A program made the translations under genes and the position numbers. From Octopus vulgaris (lineage: Eukaryota), in contig OX597829.1 of assembly GCA_951406725.2 (NCBI GenBank), positions 36,642,001 to 36,706,000 on the forward strand: a DNA stretch of 64,000 nucleotides, written 5' to 3'. The notes beneath the pieces were generated by a model. The model saw nothing but the letters and a program-made list of their open reading frames with translations. It searched no databases and was not told where the DNA came from. Below are positions 1-12,999 of the stretch, piece after piece (the stretch's first letter is position 1; every line of letters begins with the position of its first letter).

Positions 1-212
1 AAGGTCGCAGTTGTAACACCGTTGTCGAGATCCAGAGCCAATCGCAGAAAGTCCTCGCCTGCCTTACAGAAAATTACTCCCAGGCCGAATCCCAAAAGTG
101 GAAGGAACGCTGCGCAAAGTGACTATTTCAAAGGAGATGATGTTAAAACATAAGTAAATATGTTATTTTTTATTAAACATAACTTGTTCGGGAATCTTTT
201 GATACCACCTCG
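1..212 (+). mobile_element. Mariner-type transposon 3' end (decayed transposase C-terminus plus TIR)
   Basis: Translates as KGRSCNTVVEIQSQSQKVL...QKWKER...DYFKGD, matching the mariner C-terminus. Ends in TIR-like ttcgggaatcttttgataccacctcg followed by TA. Related TIR at 51250-51280. Confidence 0.8.
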
Positions 213-224
213 TACATGTTGTGG

Positions 225-600
225 AGGCCATTTTATTAGATATGTACTGCATGTGTTTGTCTATTTTGCATTTAGGAGCTTTCCTTTCTTGTAAGATGTA
301 TCGCTGGACGTTTTGCAAATGTATTTTGTGATGTTTTTCTTATATCGTTATTTTTCCTCCATATCTCATATGTTTCTCTTATTATTCCTGTGTATTTTCG
401 GTATAGTGTTGCAGTGTAGAATGCATTTAGCACTTCAATGTAGTCGGCACTTGTCCATCGATTTTTTTTAGTTTTGTTTTTTATTTCGGCAGTGGCATTA
501 AGAGATGGGTCTGTCTGTTTAGTGTTAACTTTTTGACAGAATTCCGCCTTTGGGCTTGTGCTGAGGCTTCTTTCATATCGCTATTGCCCAAGACTCAAAG
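225..600 (-). mobile_element. R4/Dong-like non-LTR retrotransposon, N-terminal ORF fragment
   Basis: Minus strand reads RWTSADYIEVLNAFYTAT...ETYEIWRKNN, resembling the N-terminus of R4/Dong ORFs; frameshifted. Confidence 0.55.
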
Positions 601-2039
601 AACAAAATTGACCGCCATTTCTTTCCTCTTGATAGCTTTATCACCGAGCACAAATGCTCTTTTCCACGGTTTAAAATGAAACTTGCATCTTTTTTTAAAG
701 TCATTTAAATACCGTACGTTCGATATTTTTGTTCCGGTGTAGAAGCTTGTATGTTATCGTATGTGAATTGAATAAACATTATATTGGTTGCTTTATATGC
801 AAGAAGCAAAAATGAGCATATGTGTAGGAATGGGAATGCATGTGATTAATTCTCGTATTCACAGTTTTCTTCACAGTTCTATACAGTTGTATACGAATAT
901 CACAGCACCTCGAGTTGTTTACATTTTCACGCACATGTCTTATTGCGTTAACACATCTGGAAAACTGTGCTTCACATACTTAATATATGAGGGAAACCTT
1001 TTGGGATCCTGAAATAATTTTCTTTCAACTTTTTTTTTTTTTTTTTTTGGCGGGAGGCGGTTCCTTAAATATTGCTTTGTTTCCAGCGAATTGGTTTGAC
1101 GAAAGCTTTTCAGATTTAAATTTTTTATATTTCAAAACACAAAATAAAGACGTGGCTTCCCAAAAGGAGGCAGGTGATGGCTGTTGGAACAGTCATTAGG
1201 AAAGCAGGTTCTCTACACTACTTACACAAAGTACATGCAACAGCGACAAAAATGGCGACAGCGACATCAGCACGCTTTACATAACAACAAAAATTACGAA
1301 GTACATCAAAAAAGTCAACGAAGAAAAGGAAAAAAATCTACAGTTATGACGACGAATTTAATAGCAGCGACAATGAGGCCATACAACAACAACAACAAAA
1401 ATCAACAAAGAATTAAATTTTCCATTTCACACGACTGCAAGCTCTATCTCCACCGCCACAAACACAATTAACACAAAAAATTAAAAATAAAAGAACAATC
1501 CTTGTAAATTTGCTGTGAGCGGTTTCACCAACGCGATAAATGACAGAAGTTATTAATGCAAACTAATTTAAAATGCACAATCTATGTGGGCAAAAATGTA
1601 ACATTGAATATACGTAAATCTGTCCATTAAGAAACCAACTTGCGGACAGTTGTAATACAAACCCATAGGAGCAAGAAGCAAAAGGACACAGCGAGCAATA
1701 CACCAGTAGATAAAGAAAACTCTTCAGTCAATTTGGAACAGCAAAATCGATATAACGAGGGAAGGAAATATGGAACTGTTGAAGTGAGGTTCGACTCAGA
1801 GCAGGAGACCAGATTACTCAACAACCGCCCTAAGGAGTGATGAGCTAATCCTCGTCTCCATTTAGTTAGACCGAAGACTGTTTAAAATAAAAATAATAAA
1901 CGCATCTCCGGAAATCAACATTTTTTGGTTGGTGGTAGCGGTTCTCTTTGAAACAAGAGAAAACCAGTAATATGCAGATGCAGAGACTGCTGAAGCAGAG
2001 ATGCTTGGGACAGAGAATGGAGTCGTTAATACAGGCGAA

Positions 2040-3110
2040 TCAGAAGTATCGAAATATACCCGGACTTAATAACCCTACCGGATGGTAAGTTTCATTTGGC
2101 TTTTAAGGAGAGACGGTAACACAAATCACTTCAGGGCTTTTAGCCCACAGCAAAGGAAAGATGAGAGAACAATATTCTTGTCAGTAACTGCTGACCATGC
2201 TGCGAGTAAACAAGTAAACTCAATGGTTGTGGAGTGTTACTTTCGGAGCATTCCAGTAGATGCAAATGACATGTCAGGTAAAAGATACAAGCAACAAATT
2301 CATAGAGAATGGAAGGGGATGGAACTGTTTGAAATTACAGAACAGGAAGTATGTAATCAAGCAAGAGCAATAAGACAGAAAGGGTGGTTGTCAGAATAGG
2401 AGTTAGAAGCTATCAAAAGAGGGATATCTTGGGGATGTTGAACATATGAGAAACGAAAGTGGCATAACAGAAGAAATGGACAATTTCTCACAAAAATATA
2501 CCGTGAGTGGTGAAAGAATCGAGATCAAAGAACAATTAAGCAATGAAGATCAAATAAGAATGAACAGGATTTTGGATCTACTAAATGCGGAAGAGACAGC
2601 ATTTACGAGGCTGATCAATGGAGACTAAACTAAGAAACAAGTAAAGTCAATAATGTATTGAAACACATTGAGACAAAGAACATCTTACAAACATATAAAC
2701 TCATCAGGTCTGCAAGTTGGGCTGTTACAGAAAGAGTAGGATTAAAGATCAATGAGAACAGAACATTGAAAGAAAGACAAGGAAATAAACAACTTTGGTG
2801 GAAAAGAAGAATAGAAGATATAAGCTCTCTGAGTTGTGTAGTGTCAATACTTGACAGGGAAAAAATGAGAATTGAAGAATGATCGTAAATTTGAACAATT
2901 GATGAAGTATGGTGTTGATAAAAAAGGAGTGAAAAGTTGAAGCAGTGCATACTTGCAAAGAAAGCAAAACTAACTAGGCTTGCGGAACGGATTAAGCAAT
3001 ACCAGCAAAACCAATTGTTTAGAATCAGCCAAAAAAGAATTTACAATGAAATTAATGATTTAGAAAGCGAAAGATAGTTCCTGGAGCAGATGAAAGTAGA
3101 AAAATAGTCT
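2040..3110 (+). mobile_element. R4/Dong-like LINE, decayed 5' ORF region
   Basis: VVECYFRS...IHREWKGMELFEITEQEVCNQARAIRQKGWLSE and WWKRRIEDI. 2880-3100 is homologous to 24640-24900. Stops and frameshifts present. Confidence 0.8.
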
Positions 3111-3297
3111 AAAACTAAAGAACTATGTCCAATACTATATAAATATGCTTCAGATGGCATGGATGGTACACTCGTTATTGAGATGAGTATCGTATCGTTT
3201 TTGTTACTCGGTTAATTAAATTCTCATCTGAAACTGGAAATTTTCCATTTATTTATACCAAATTATTTATAGAAAATTATTTATAGAAAAGACAAAA

Positions 3298-3443
3298 GGC
3301 GTAGGAGTGGCTGTGTGGTAAGTGGCTTGCTTACGAACCACATGGTTCCGGTTTCAGTCCCACTGCGTGGCACCTTGGGCAAACGTCTTCTACTATAGCC
3401 CCGGGCCGACCAAAGCGGAAACTGAAAGAAGCCTATCGTATAC

Positions 3444-3528
<85 letters not shown>

Positions 3529-3738
3529 CGTGTCTGTGTTTGTCCTCAACATCGCTTGACAACCGATGCTGGTGTGTTTATGTCCCGTAACTTAGCGGTT
3601 CGACAAAAGAGATCCGATAGAATAAGTACTAGGCTTACAAAGAATAAGTCCTGGGGTCGATTTGCTCGACTAAAGGCGGTGCTCCAGCATGGCCACAGTT
3701 AAATGACTGAAACAAGTAAAAAGAGAGAGTAAAGAGTA
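3298..3738 (+). mobile_element. tRNA-derived SINE family A
   Basis: Head gtggctgtgtggtaag...ggtttcagtcc (A/B-box-like), internal (TG)n, tail ggcggtgctccagcatggccacagttaaatgactgaaacaagtaaaa. Many copies in the window. Confidence 0.9.
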
Positions 3739-3973
3739 ATTGTCCATAGTCTGATTTATTTCACCTCCATTGAGTTCCAAATATGTCCGATATGACAATC
3801 TGCTTCATTTTATTGTCACTTTTACAAGTTTAACGTCAAAAATACTAACTTAGTTTAAATGCTGAAAAGACTCTCTTTATGTTGCAGAAAATTCCTACCC
3901 AATAGATTTAAGTTAAAAGAGAATGGCGAATCAGAAATTTCAGTAAGGACATATTTCACCGCTATATAACCCT

Positions 3974-4018
3974 GGCTGCTGCTGCTGCTGCTACTACTAC
4001 TACTACTACTACTACTAC

Positions 4019-4080
<62 letters not shown>
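3974..4080. repeat. Compound (GCT)n(ACT)n(AAT)n microsatellite
   Basis: Directly visible. Confidence 0.95.
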
Positions 4081-4082
<2 letters not shown>

Positions 4083-4129
4083 GTCTTTACTAACCACTAG
4101 CTGGCATAAAAGTCAAGGACAGTACAGAA

Positions 4130-4400
4130 CTACATTATTTACACTCGACGGATATACGTCCTCATCTTGTTGTTAACACAACGTTTCGGCTGGTATACCT
4201 TCCAGCCTTCAACAGGTGTCTTGGGGAAATTTCGAACCTGGGTTCTCATTCCTAAGGTATTTTTCAATGTTGTGGTGGTTGTTGTTATTATTATTAATAA
4301 TAACGTTGTGTTAACAACAAACAGGATGAGGACAAATATAGTCAAATGTAAATAATGTAAATAATGCACATAATTCCTCATCTCTTGAATATAGAACTGT
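4130..4400 (-). mobile_element. PLE pseudo-LTR-like unit with inverted partial duplication
   Basis: 4135-4185 is inverted at 4301-4365. Homologous to 40509-41213 and 48631-48991. Confidence 0.7.
4175..4220 (-). ncRNA. Minimal hammerhead ribozyme-like motif (core variant)
   Basis: Minus strand: gacac CTGTTGA a ggctgg aaggtata ccagcc GAAAC GTT gtgtt. Stems I and II pair, stem III is the palindrome AACGTT, and the core has A6>U. Confidence 0.55.
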
Positions 4401-4790
4401 ATTAGTACAGAACTACTTGCCTTTTGAATAAAAAATTCAAAAGGCAGGTATTTTCAAGAATTATCATCAAAACCCCCAAAAAGACACTGTCACTTTGACC
4501 ATCAAGGCAAGTGATCTCTTTCAGTTGTTCTCTCAGATGTATATTCAGGTCATGCCAGTTCATTTCCACACCAATTTTTTCTTGAGGCAACTCTTCCTTC
4601 TCCACACCAACTTTTGTTTTCTAGTCAAGCTTGAAAACGTTTATGAGGTCTTAGTCAAAGAAAGTGTGTGTTACAAGCCTTTTTTAATCTCGTTTATCAC
4701 AGAACCTCTGTCAAAAAAGTTATCAAGCGGATATAAGATGCCTGTTCTTTCCGTCCAAATAAAGGCGATGAATGATCTTCACATTGAACT
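4400..4790 (-). mobile_element. R4/Dong-like LINE fragment (post-RT region)
   Basis: HRLYLDGK resembles the D-RLY-PR-GGRG motif; heavily decayed. Probably continues 6170-6760. Confidence 0.45.
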
Positions 4791-5129
4791 CGACTGATTC
4801 GCTTTACATGTGACAGTAGCTGTTAGAAGTTACCAATACTCGGTCATTGGACGTATGTGTCTAGAAAACTCGAATGGACATGGCTGGTAGCATTTCCGTA
4901 TTGTTGAGTTTATTCCTATCCGGCAATGTTTTCCCCCCTCCCGGTAGCAAAACCTGGCCAGGGATTTCTGGAAATTATTCACAGGCCTCGGCCCAAAAGT
5001 CCTCCATAATAGAACAGCCAGCAGTTGATTTTCATTCGCGCTCAGGAATTTTCAAGAAAGTCGTTGTTCCGCCATAACACTAATCCTAAATAGAATGCTA
5101 ACATAAAAATTCAACCAACCTATTACAAA

Positions 5130-5890
5130 ACTTATAGAGGACTGTGTGCATTTAACGGCATTCCAGTTCTCCAATTGCTCTGCCTCGTTCTGTGCTTGAC
5201 CCAGGAATACAACTATGTTAAAGAGGCAAGTTGTAGAAAACTGTCAGATAAACGGTGACCGCACCGACTCACCCTCAAGATATTGTTGATGTCTCATTGT
5301 ACGTGTAAGCATACAATGCAACGTCAACATTCCTAATTCTCCATGTAGATAATATTCGCAGCAAATAGGATGCCTGGCTTAAGGAGCACAACCCCTTCGT
5401 AAAAAGCTACAAAGAAGATGTCCCATTCTGATTAGACATCGAATAGGGCAAGGTACAACGGTCAGGCAGTAATAGATTGAAAAGGCATTCACCATCTCTT
5501 TTCGACCTTTTAGGACAGCTTCCTCTGAGCCTATTTCTGCATGAGACAGTATACTCTGCTTATTACCTCGCCCACAGTTTCTCCACTTGAAGATCTAGAC
5601 CAAATCAACTCTCGAGCAATTTAACTGGCCCGCCGTCCATAGCCCACAATGCTTTCGTTAAGTAAATATGAACTGTCTGAAGTAAGAAAAGACCGTAGAA
5701 ATCTTGTGACAATATGGCTCAATTACAGAAAAGCATTGTCATAGAAAAGCATTGAGCTCCATTTCCTGCTCGTTGCTGAAGTCACTACTGCTAACATAAG
5801 TACCTGTTGTTTCAGTCACTGTCATCCATGGGCTAATGAACTCTTAGAAGCAACAGCAAACTAAAAATTTTACAGTCTTTACATTTGTAA
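5130..5890 (-). mobile_element. Heavily decayed LINE RT fragment (RTE-like)
   Basis: Remnants resembling QG-VL-P-LF (near 5370-5400) and DD-AL-AHT (near 5300-5325) on the minus strand. Confidence 0.4.
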
Positions 5891-6169
5891 CTGAGAGTGG
5901 GACGTCTATCTCTGATGATATTAATATTTCAACGAGAATATCCCCAACTTAACATTCTACCAGCACTTCTGTATAGTTTGGATCAAATCTACTGCCATTT
6001 CTTCTACGAAAATCTACTGGTTATGTCCTTAGGTTTGCAGCAGAAAGCCACTTTAAAATTACCTATAATTCCTTCATGAACGATCTAAAGCAGTGGTTCG
6101 CAAGCTTTTTATAATTTCTTTCCCACCGAATCTTTGAAAGGATTTACAAATTTTCACTGTACTAGTAAC

Positions 6170-6760
6170 TGACAGCATTCAGAGAATGTAAATTAATTTG
6201 CTTGTTACTTATCAGATAATCCCTGAATCACAGGGCTTGCTCGACACATAGCTCTACCCACAGAATGAACATATGCAATATTGTCGTAGATTCCAAGGTA
6301 ATTGTAACATTCATCATTGATGATAGGGGAGATAAACCATCGGTACCCATATTCCTTGCCAAGTCGAAAATCGTTTCTCCTTTAACTAACATATATGAAC
6401 ATTTGTCCTCGCCAAAAATTATTATCTCCTGCGAAAATGTTGGGACCATTTCTGCCTCTTGATGTCATGTGTATCACTGGAGTAGACCATTTCTGCCTCT
6501 TGATGTCATGTGTATCACTGGAGTACATATTAAGGTCATCAGCAAAGAAGAAATAAATTTTTCTTTCATTTGCAACTCCTATCATGTAACATTTGTATTT
6601 CCTTAACAAGGCTGACTGGGGTTTCGCTGCTAGACAAAAATCATTGCAGGTCAACTGTCACTCAGAAATATTCTTGTTGATAGCGTATTTCTGTTAGTGA
6701 CCATAATGTCTGGTACATCGATTTCAGTATTCATTGTTCGTTTGAATAAGTTGATAGGGG
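6170..6760 (-). mobile_element. R4/Dong-like LINE RT fragment
   Basis: FFFADDLNMY (RT catalytic motif) and FSQEIIIFGEDKCSYM (M-FG--KC motif). Contains a 41-bp tandem duplication. Confidence 0.8.
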
Positions 6761-6820
6761 TTGCGTGTGTCTTATATATATATGAACATTATACACACAC
6801 ACACACACACACACACGCGT

Positions 6821-7035
6821 AAGGCGGCAAGCTGGCAGAATCATTAGCACGCCGGGAAAAATGCTTAGCAACATTTCGTCCGTCTTTACGTTCTGAGTTC
6901 AAATTCCGCCGAGGACTTTGCTTTTATCCTTTCGGGGTTGATAAAATAAGTATAAGTTGAGTATTGGGATCGATGTAATCGACTAGTCCCCTCCCCCAAA
7001 ATTTCTGGCCTTGTGTCTATAGTAGAAAGGATTAT
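6821..7035 (+). mobile_element. tRNA-derived SINE family B
   Basis: aaggcggcaagctggcagaatcattagcacgccggg...gagttcaaattccgccgagg; several copies in the window. Confidence 0.9.
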
Positions 7036-8329
7036 GCACACATACACTGATACATGCGCATGCGCATTCACACATGTATATGGGGAGGTCATAACATTTT
7101 ATTTTGTATGTAGGTGCAACTGTAGAGAATGATGAAGATGACGACGATGATGATGATGATGACGACGACGACGACGACGACAATGACGACGATGATGATG
7201 GTGTTACTGAAGATTGGTGTAAAGGAAGATGGTATAAAATAATGAAATGAGATTATTCTTACGCTTTTTAAATAATTTACATGATGAGTGTTTGCTAATT
7301 TAGTGAAATATTTGATTGAGACATACAAGCAAGCATTAAAAAATTATGCAAACAAATCAAATGAAACATAAGTGAATGCTAGAACGATTCAATAGTTTAA
7401 AACAATAAATACAATAAAATGAGTTAAGGGAAATAATACAGTTTGGTCAGTGGCATATAGTTAGCTAAATAAGATAAGTGGTGATGTTTTGAATGAAGCA
7501 GGTAAAAAACATTTTTATATAATTGAGATCCTCCTTTTAGCTGAAGACAGAAAGCGAAAATTTAGTGATATTTATTAACCACACTCATCGAAATGGGAAG
7601 ATAATTTGAAGAGACTAAGAATTGGTCTATCAAAATTAATTCACATGCTTTTCTTTTGCAGAACTACAGACGTGTTACAATATTAAACGATCTGATTGTT
7701 AAGTCATTAGTGTTTTTGATAGAATCCCTCACCGTATGTGTTTCAACTCTCTGAGTCAATTTTGCTTTTCATATTTTCGAGGTCAATAAGAAAATATAAT
7801 ATAGGCGGAACAGTTAGTGTTTGGTAAGCTGTCTTCTAATATTTTTTCCAGCTCTTTACATTTCGACTAGAATTCCTAAGATGACACTGGTGCCAAGCTG
7901 AATCGGCTCAAGTCGCTGGTTTTCCGTGGGACACGTCAATATCATGGTGAGGGGAGACTCGCAACAGTCTTTCTCGAAAAATGTGGCCCAGGCCTACGCA
8001 TGCCTGCTGGGGCTGCCTTCTGGAGCCTAACGGCAGGTATTTAAAGTGAAAAACTTGACAAGTCAGTCAGTCACCGGCTGACACTCGCTGACGATACATC
8101 GAAGAGGCCAGGGAACAGAAGAAAGAAGACATACACCCAACACCAGAGCTGAAGACACCTCCGAAAGGGGGTGCCGCCACGTCAAAACGGTAGAGGAGTA
8201 GGGGGCCGAAACCAGACGTGGTTCCCCCTGATGATGTCTTGAGCTAACTGGATCCTATAAAGGAGCAGTTGTGGTAGCAGACCACGAAACACGGTTGTAA
8301 TTCCTCCCTATTCTTCCAACTATGTTTCC

Positions 8330-9957
8330 AGTTCATTGCTCAACTGCACCAAGGTCTTGTTCACTTCAACATTGTCAAAACACCTTAAACTCATTGACAA
8401 ATTGTGAGCACAGCTTCTTCCACACACTATTCATAACTGTGCTCTTCATCTCATTCTACGCAGCTGCTATGTTCATTATGGCTTTGTAGATGTCATAACT
8501 TTTCCAAAAATCACGAACTGTGATGCTTTCGTCGATGTCAGTTGCAGATATTGCTTGGTGTAATATACGCTTCATATAATAGCGCTTAAAGCTGGCAATT
8601 ATTCCCTGGTCCATTGGTTGCAACAGCGAGGTAGTGTTAGAGGGAGGAAGGTAACTGTAACGTTGGGATGGAAATTTCCGATGTCTTTCGGGTGGCCAGG
8701 AGCGTTATATAAGACAAGCAGAATTTTTTTAAAAATCCCTTTAGCCTTACAGTACTTTTCTGCTTCAGGAACAAAATGATTGAAAAACCATTCTTCAAAA
8801 ATTATGACAGTGACCCAAACCTTTGAATTGACCATCCCTATTACAGGAAGAGATACCTTGGGTATGTTCTTAAGAATTTGGGGATTCAGCGCCTGACACG
8901 CAAGCAGCGGTTTTAGCTTGCATTCGCCTGCACAATTACCTCTCAACATTAAGGCCAAACGTTCTTTTGACACTTTGTAGCCAGGAATTCTTTTCTCTTC
9001 TTTTGATATGAAAGAGTGATCTGGTAATTTCTTCGAACATAGAAATCGGGTAGAAATCTATTATCTTCAATAATCTTCGCTAATATAGCAGGAAATTCCG
9101 CTGTAGCAACATTGTCAGCCGACGTGCTTTCACCTTGTTTTTTGCGGAAAGTGCAAATTCTGCCGCTGCTTAAACCTCATAAACCATCTCTGCCTTGCCT
9201 TATATTCTACGTCTTTCTCATCTGAATATTTCTTTTTCAAATCTTCAGACAAAGACAATGCTTTCTCCTGACTCTTTTCTTGCAAACGATTCTGCCATTC
9301 AGCCCAAAAGGCAAAAAGCTGCTCCATCTCTTCGTAGATTCGTCCTCTTTTCTTGTTGATGATGGTGTTTTTCATCCCAGGAACATCATCTTTCACATGT
9401 GCCATAATCCTTTCTCTATTGTGCACAATCGTTGATACAGTAGTACGGCTCATCCTAAACGATCGTGCAATAGCTACAATCTTTCACCCTCTTCATATAA
9501 TGTTATCACACCCACTTTATCTTCCAACAATATGGCTTTACGCTTACTATTTTCACTAGGATTCTTCTTCGGTGTCATGGGGCTAAAATGTAAATCACAA
9601 AAATAATTGTACAAAATTTTACAGCACTGTCGACGTGAAAACATCTGAACTAGTATACTTGTTCCAATTTGTATTACCGTTAACCTGTAACTTCTCATGT
9701 CTTTGTTTTTAAATGAATTTTAATCTTTCATGATACATATAGTATTTTAACATTAATTTTAATATGCTATAAAGATTATATTTCTATTGCATTTTTATTT
9801 ATTTTCCGGAGACGATTACGAACGTAACCAATCGATACAACTCGGAATTAACAGTACAGTATAGTATGAACGTTATTGCTATTTTTGCCAGGTTACGTAA
9901 ATTAATACTGTATTAAATATGACGTATCTTCAGAAATGAGGTAAGTCGAAAATACTT
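8330..9957 (-). mobile_element. Tigger/pogo-type DNA transposon with disrupted transposase (start codon near 9578)
   Basis: HTH regions KRKAILLEDKV, MSRTTVSTI and WFMRFKQR; DDE region KERLALML..CKLKPLL..KILLVLYNAPGHP..LLQPMDQGII. TIR-like 5' end near 9940-9957. Frameshifted and 3'-truncated. Confidence 0.92.
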
Positions 9958-9982
9958 AACCAAAGTTATATGTATATATATA

Positions 9983-10498
9983 CTAGCAGTATCGCCCGGC
10001 GTTGCTCGGGTTTGTAAGGGAAATAACTATATAAGCATTTTTAGAGAGTTACTTCCTTTATAGATGCCAATTCGGGCTTTCTTAGCCATTTCTGTTTTGG
10101 TGTCTTCAAGCCATGAAGTCGTTGTTCTAAAAGAACGCTGGTCTCCTTGACAACGCATTACGACGTTGATTTCCTTAAACTCCCTTCCCCACAGCTTCAC
10201 GAGGGAGGGAAGAAGGGGGAGAAGCAAACACAGGTGCAGGTGTTTGAGCGTGGATGCCAACTCCGCCGCCATTGACACACGAAAAATTATGCATTAAAAT
10301 GGAATAAAAAATGATGTTAGATTATTTTTAAAATCGTAGACTCATCGTAGACGCGCGCTAATAGCCAGACGGGCTCGATATTAATCACGACTATAAGATA
10401 CCCGAATTTGGTTAAACTGCACCGCAAAATGTGGGAGGAGTTAGGAATCTAAATCGTAGAAGACAGACACTCACACAACTACAGTTTTATATATATAG

Positions 10499-10499
<1 letters not shown>
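9983..10499 (-). mobile_element. Non-autonomous Helitron
   Basis: Minus strand starts TC and ends with hairpin cccgagcaacgccggg then CTAG. Inserted between A and T with no TSD. Second copy at 46598-46992. Confidence 0.88.
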
Positions 10500-10542
<43 letters not shown>

Positions 10543-10597
10543 AAACAAGTCAAGATAGGAAATGCTAAAATAATTTTATAAAGAACATTTCAGTACC

Positions 10598-10997
10598 AGT
10601 GGCTGTGTGGTAAGTAGCTTGCTTACCAACCACATGATTCCGGGTTCAGTCCCACTGCGTTGCATCTTGGGCAAGTGTCTTCTACTATAGTTTCGGGCCG
10701 ACCAAAGCCTTGTGAGTGGATTTGGTAGACGGAAACTGAAAGAAGCTCGTCGTATATATGTATATGTATATATATGTGTCTGTATTTGTGTGTCTGCGTT
10801 TGCCCCCACCCCCCGCATGGCTTGACTACCGATGCTGGTGTGTTTATGTCCCCGTAACTTAGCGGTTCGGCAAAAGAGACCGATAGAATAAGTACTAGGC
10901 TTACAAAGAATAAGTCCTGGGGTCGATTTGCTCGACTAAAGGCGGTGCTCCAGTATGGCCGCAGTCAAATGACTGAAATAAGTAAAAGAGTAAAAGA
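10598..10997 (+). mobile_element. SINE family A
   Basis: Near full-length match to 3298-3738. Confidence 0.9.
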
Positions 10998-11039
10998 TTA
11001 TATATATATATATTTATAAACCCACAGATTCTAAACAAT

Positions 11040-11740
11040 ACCTATTATTTAACTCATGCCACTCCAAACACATAACATTAATATACCTTAATTAGTGTCT
11101 TCGATATGCGAAGGTAGGGCAGCAACTATAGGAGATAAAAGTTTGTCGAGGTAGGAAAATAAAAATTCTGTAGGGCAATTTTGCAAGCAGAGACAATAGG
11201 GCGGCTGGGATTATCTTGTTTATGTATTTTAGGGACGAAATAGATAGTGGAATTTCGGGAAGTGGGGAAACTTATGTTGGTGGCAATGGGCGGCAGTGAA
11301 CCAGAAAACATTAGCTGATGTACAGTGGCCGAAACAAATCCTCTGGTAATGGTATCTTTATGTAGTATCTAGCGTCGCTGAATTGACGGAGTGCTTCTCT
11401 TCTATAATGGTCGGCTCGCCAAACAACAACGGCGTCCCCTTTTGTCGGTTGGCTTGATAACAATGTCTTTACGTTGACGGAGCTTCCGGAGGACGTCCAG
11501 TCCCGACGGGGGAAGGTTCGAAATACTTGGGTTTTTTTTATCGAAATTGAAAGTACCGAGGTCCAAACGACATTTCTTGATAAATATATCTACCGAACAG
11601 TGTAATCTTAGGAGAAACGTCTTTTGAGTGTAGTAAAGTTATCCTCAATCGGAGAAACTGGGCTTCTGTTGTAGAAAAATGCCCTGAGTTGGATACGACA
11701 GAGAATACTTTCTGTATCGGCGCGTGCGTGGAATTCACTG
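11040..11740 (-). mobile_element. Penelope-like element RT N-terminal fragment
   Basis: DIVIKPT..KG..VVVWRADHY..ALRQ and IYFVPKIHKQDNPSRPIVSAC are hallmark PLE RT motifs; frameshifted. Confidence 0.88.
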
Positions 11741-11741
11741 G

Positions 11742-11799
<58 letters not shown>

Positions 11800-12010
11800 A
11801 TGTATGTATGTTTGTATGTGTGTATGTATGTATGTATGTATGTATGTATGTATGTATGTATGTATGTATGTATGTATGTATGTATGTATGTATGTATGTA
11901 TGTATGTATGAATGAATGTATGAATGTATGTATGTATGTATGTATGTATGTATGTATGTATGTATGTATGTATGTATGTATGTATGTATGTATATATGTA
12001 TGTATGTATA
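11742..12010. repeat. (TA)n(TG)n(TATG)n microsatellite
   Basis: Directly visible. Similar tracts at 14140-14340, 17463-17640 and 20270-20360. Confidence 0.95.
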
Positions 12011-12302
12011 TTTATAAATATACAGCTGCCAGCCAATTGTAGAACACGACTGTCACTATTACTACATAATTCTAATGATTGCGTAACGCATGGAAGTACT
12101 ACTTTTTATAATATCGTTAAATAGTATAATAATAAAACGTTAAAATCAGACTAGGTTAAAATGTCATTGATTTATATCAATCATACGAACCTGGATATTT
12201 ATCTATCTATCTAGCTATCTATCATCTACCTACCTACATACATACATACAAACATGCTACCTACCTATGTATCTATCTATATACCTATGCATACATTCAT
12301 GC

Positions 12303-12359
<57 letters not shown>

Positions 12360-12999
12360 TATGTGCATGTGTGTGTGCACGCGTGTGTGTGTGTGTGTGT
12401 GTGTGTACCAAGAGACCAAAGGAAGATAACTGAAGGAGGCAAGTGAAATGACTTGAAATAATTAAGTTAAAGGCTAATGCATTGGATGTCGCTTGCAGTA
12501 AATTTTTAATTTATTGAAATTTGACTGTGATGAAGCTGAAGACAAAAATCCTACTGGCTATTGTTAGAAATTCTTAAACAGAAAAAGAGGTAATTTCAAG
12601 AAATCACAAAAAATTTTTCAAGTTAATTTACTTTTAACAACAAAGATCAGACTATCCTTTAACTCATGATATAAATTTACTTGGGGAATTAATTCTTACT
12701 TTCTTATAAATTATCTCTTGTATTTTAAAAGTCACTACAAAAGTGCCGTTAGGCTTTCATTTTTTGCTTCCAAATAAATGGGAAATTTCAACAATTTTAT
12801 TGTGTATGGCATTCAGTATTGTTCAAATCCATAGCACTTGCCTTTCATTATATATCTTTTACTTCACTTTATTTCTAATTATGTTTTCCCTTCAGCAAAA
12901 AATATACGTAACTCTCTTTCATAGGTAAAAATATATTTTCTGATCTTTAGGCTGTTACACTGAGCTGGTGAAATAGACCAAGAGGCATGGCCATAGCTG

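Noticed and set aside
4800-5075. Possible Tc1/maT transposase remnant
   Set aside because: Only a short KIN-like motif; too decayed to support.
7536-7570. CTGAAGA...GAAA as a hammerhead (similar cases near 1838, 12430, 12536 and 48417)
   Set aside because: Stems I and II cannot both be formed convincingly; such matches are expected by chance in AT-rich DNA.
11608-12124. ORFs of YI/HT/VCM/LSIY/poly-N type here and across the window (e.g. 43487-44137, 51627-52436, 35041-35541)
   Set aside because: They are translations of microsatellites that happen to lack stop codons; no coding evidence.
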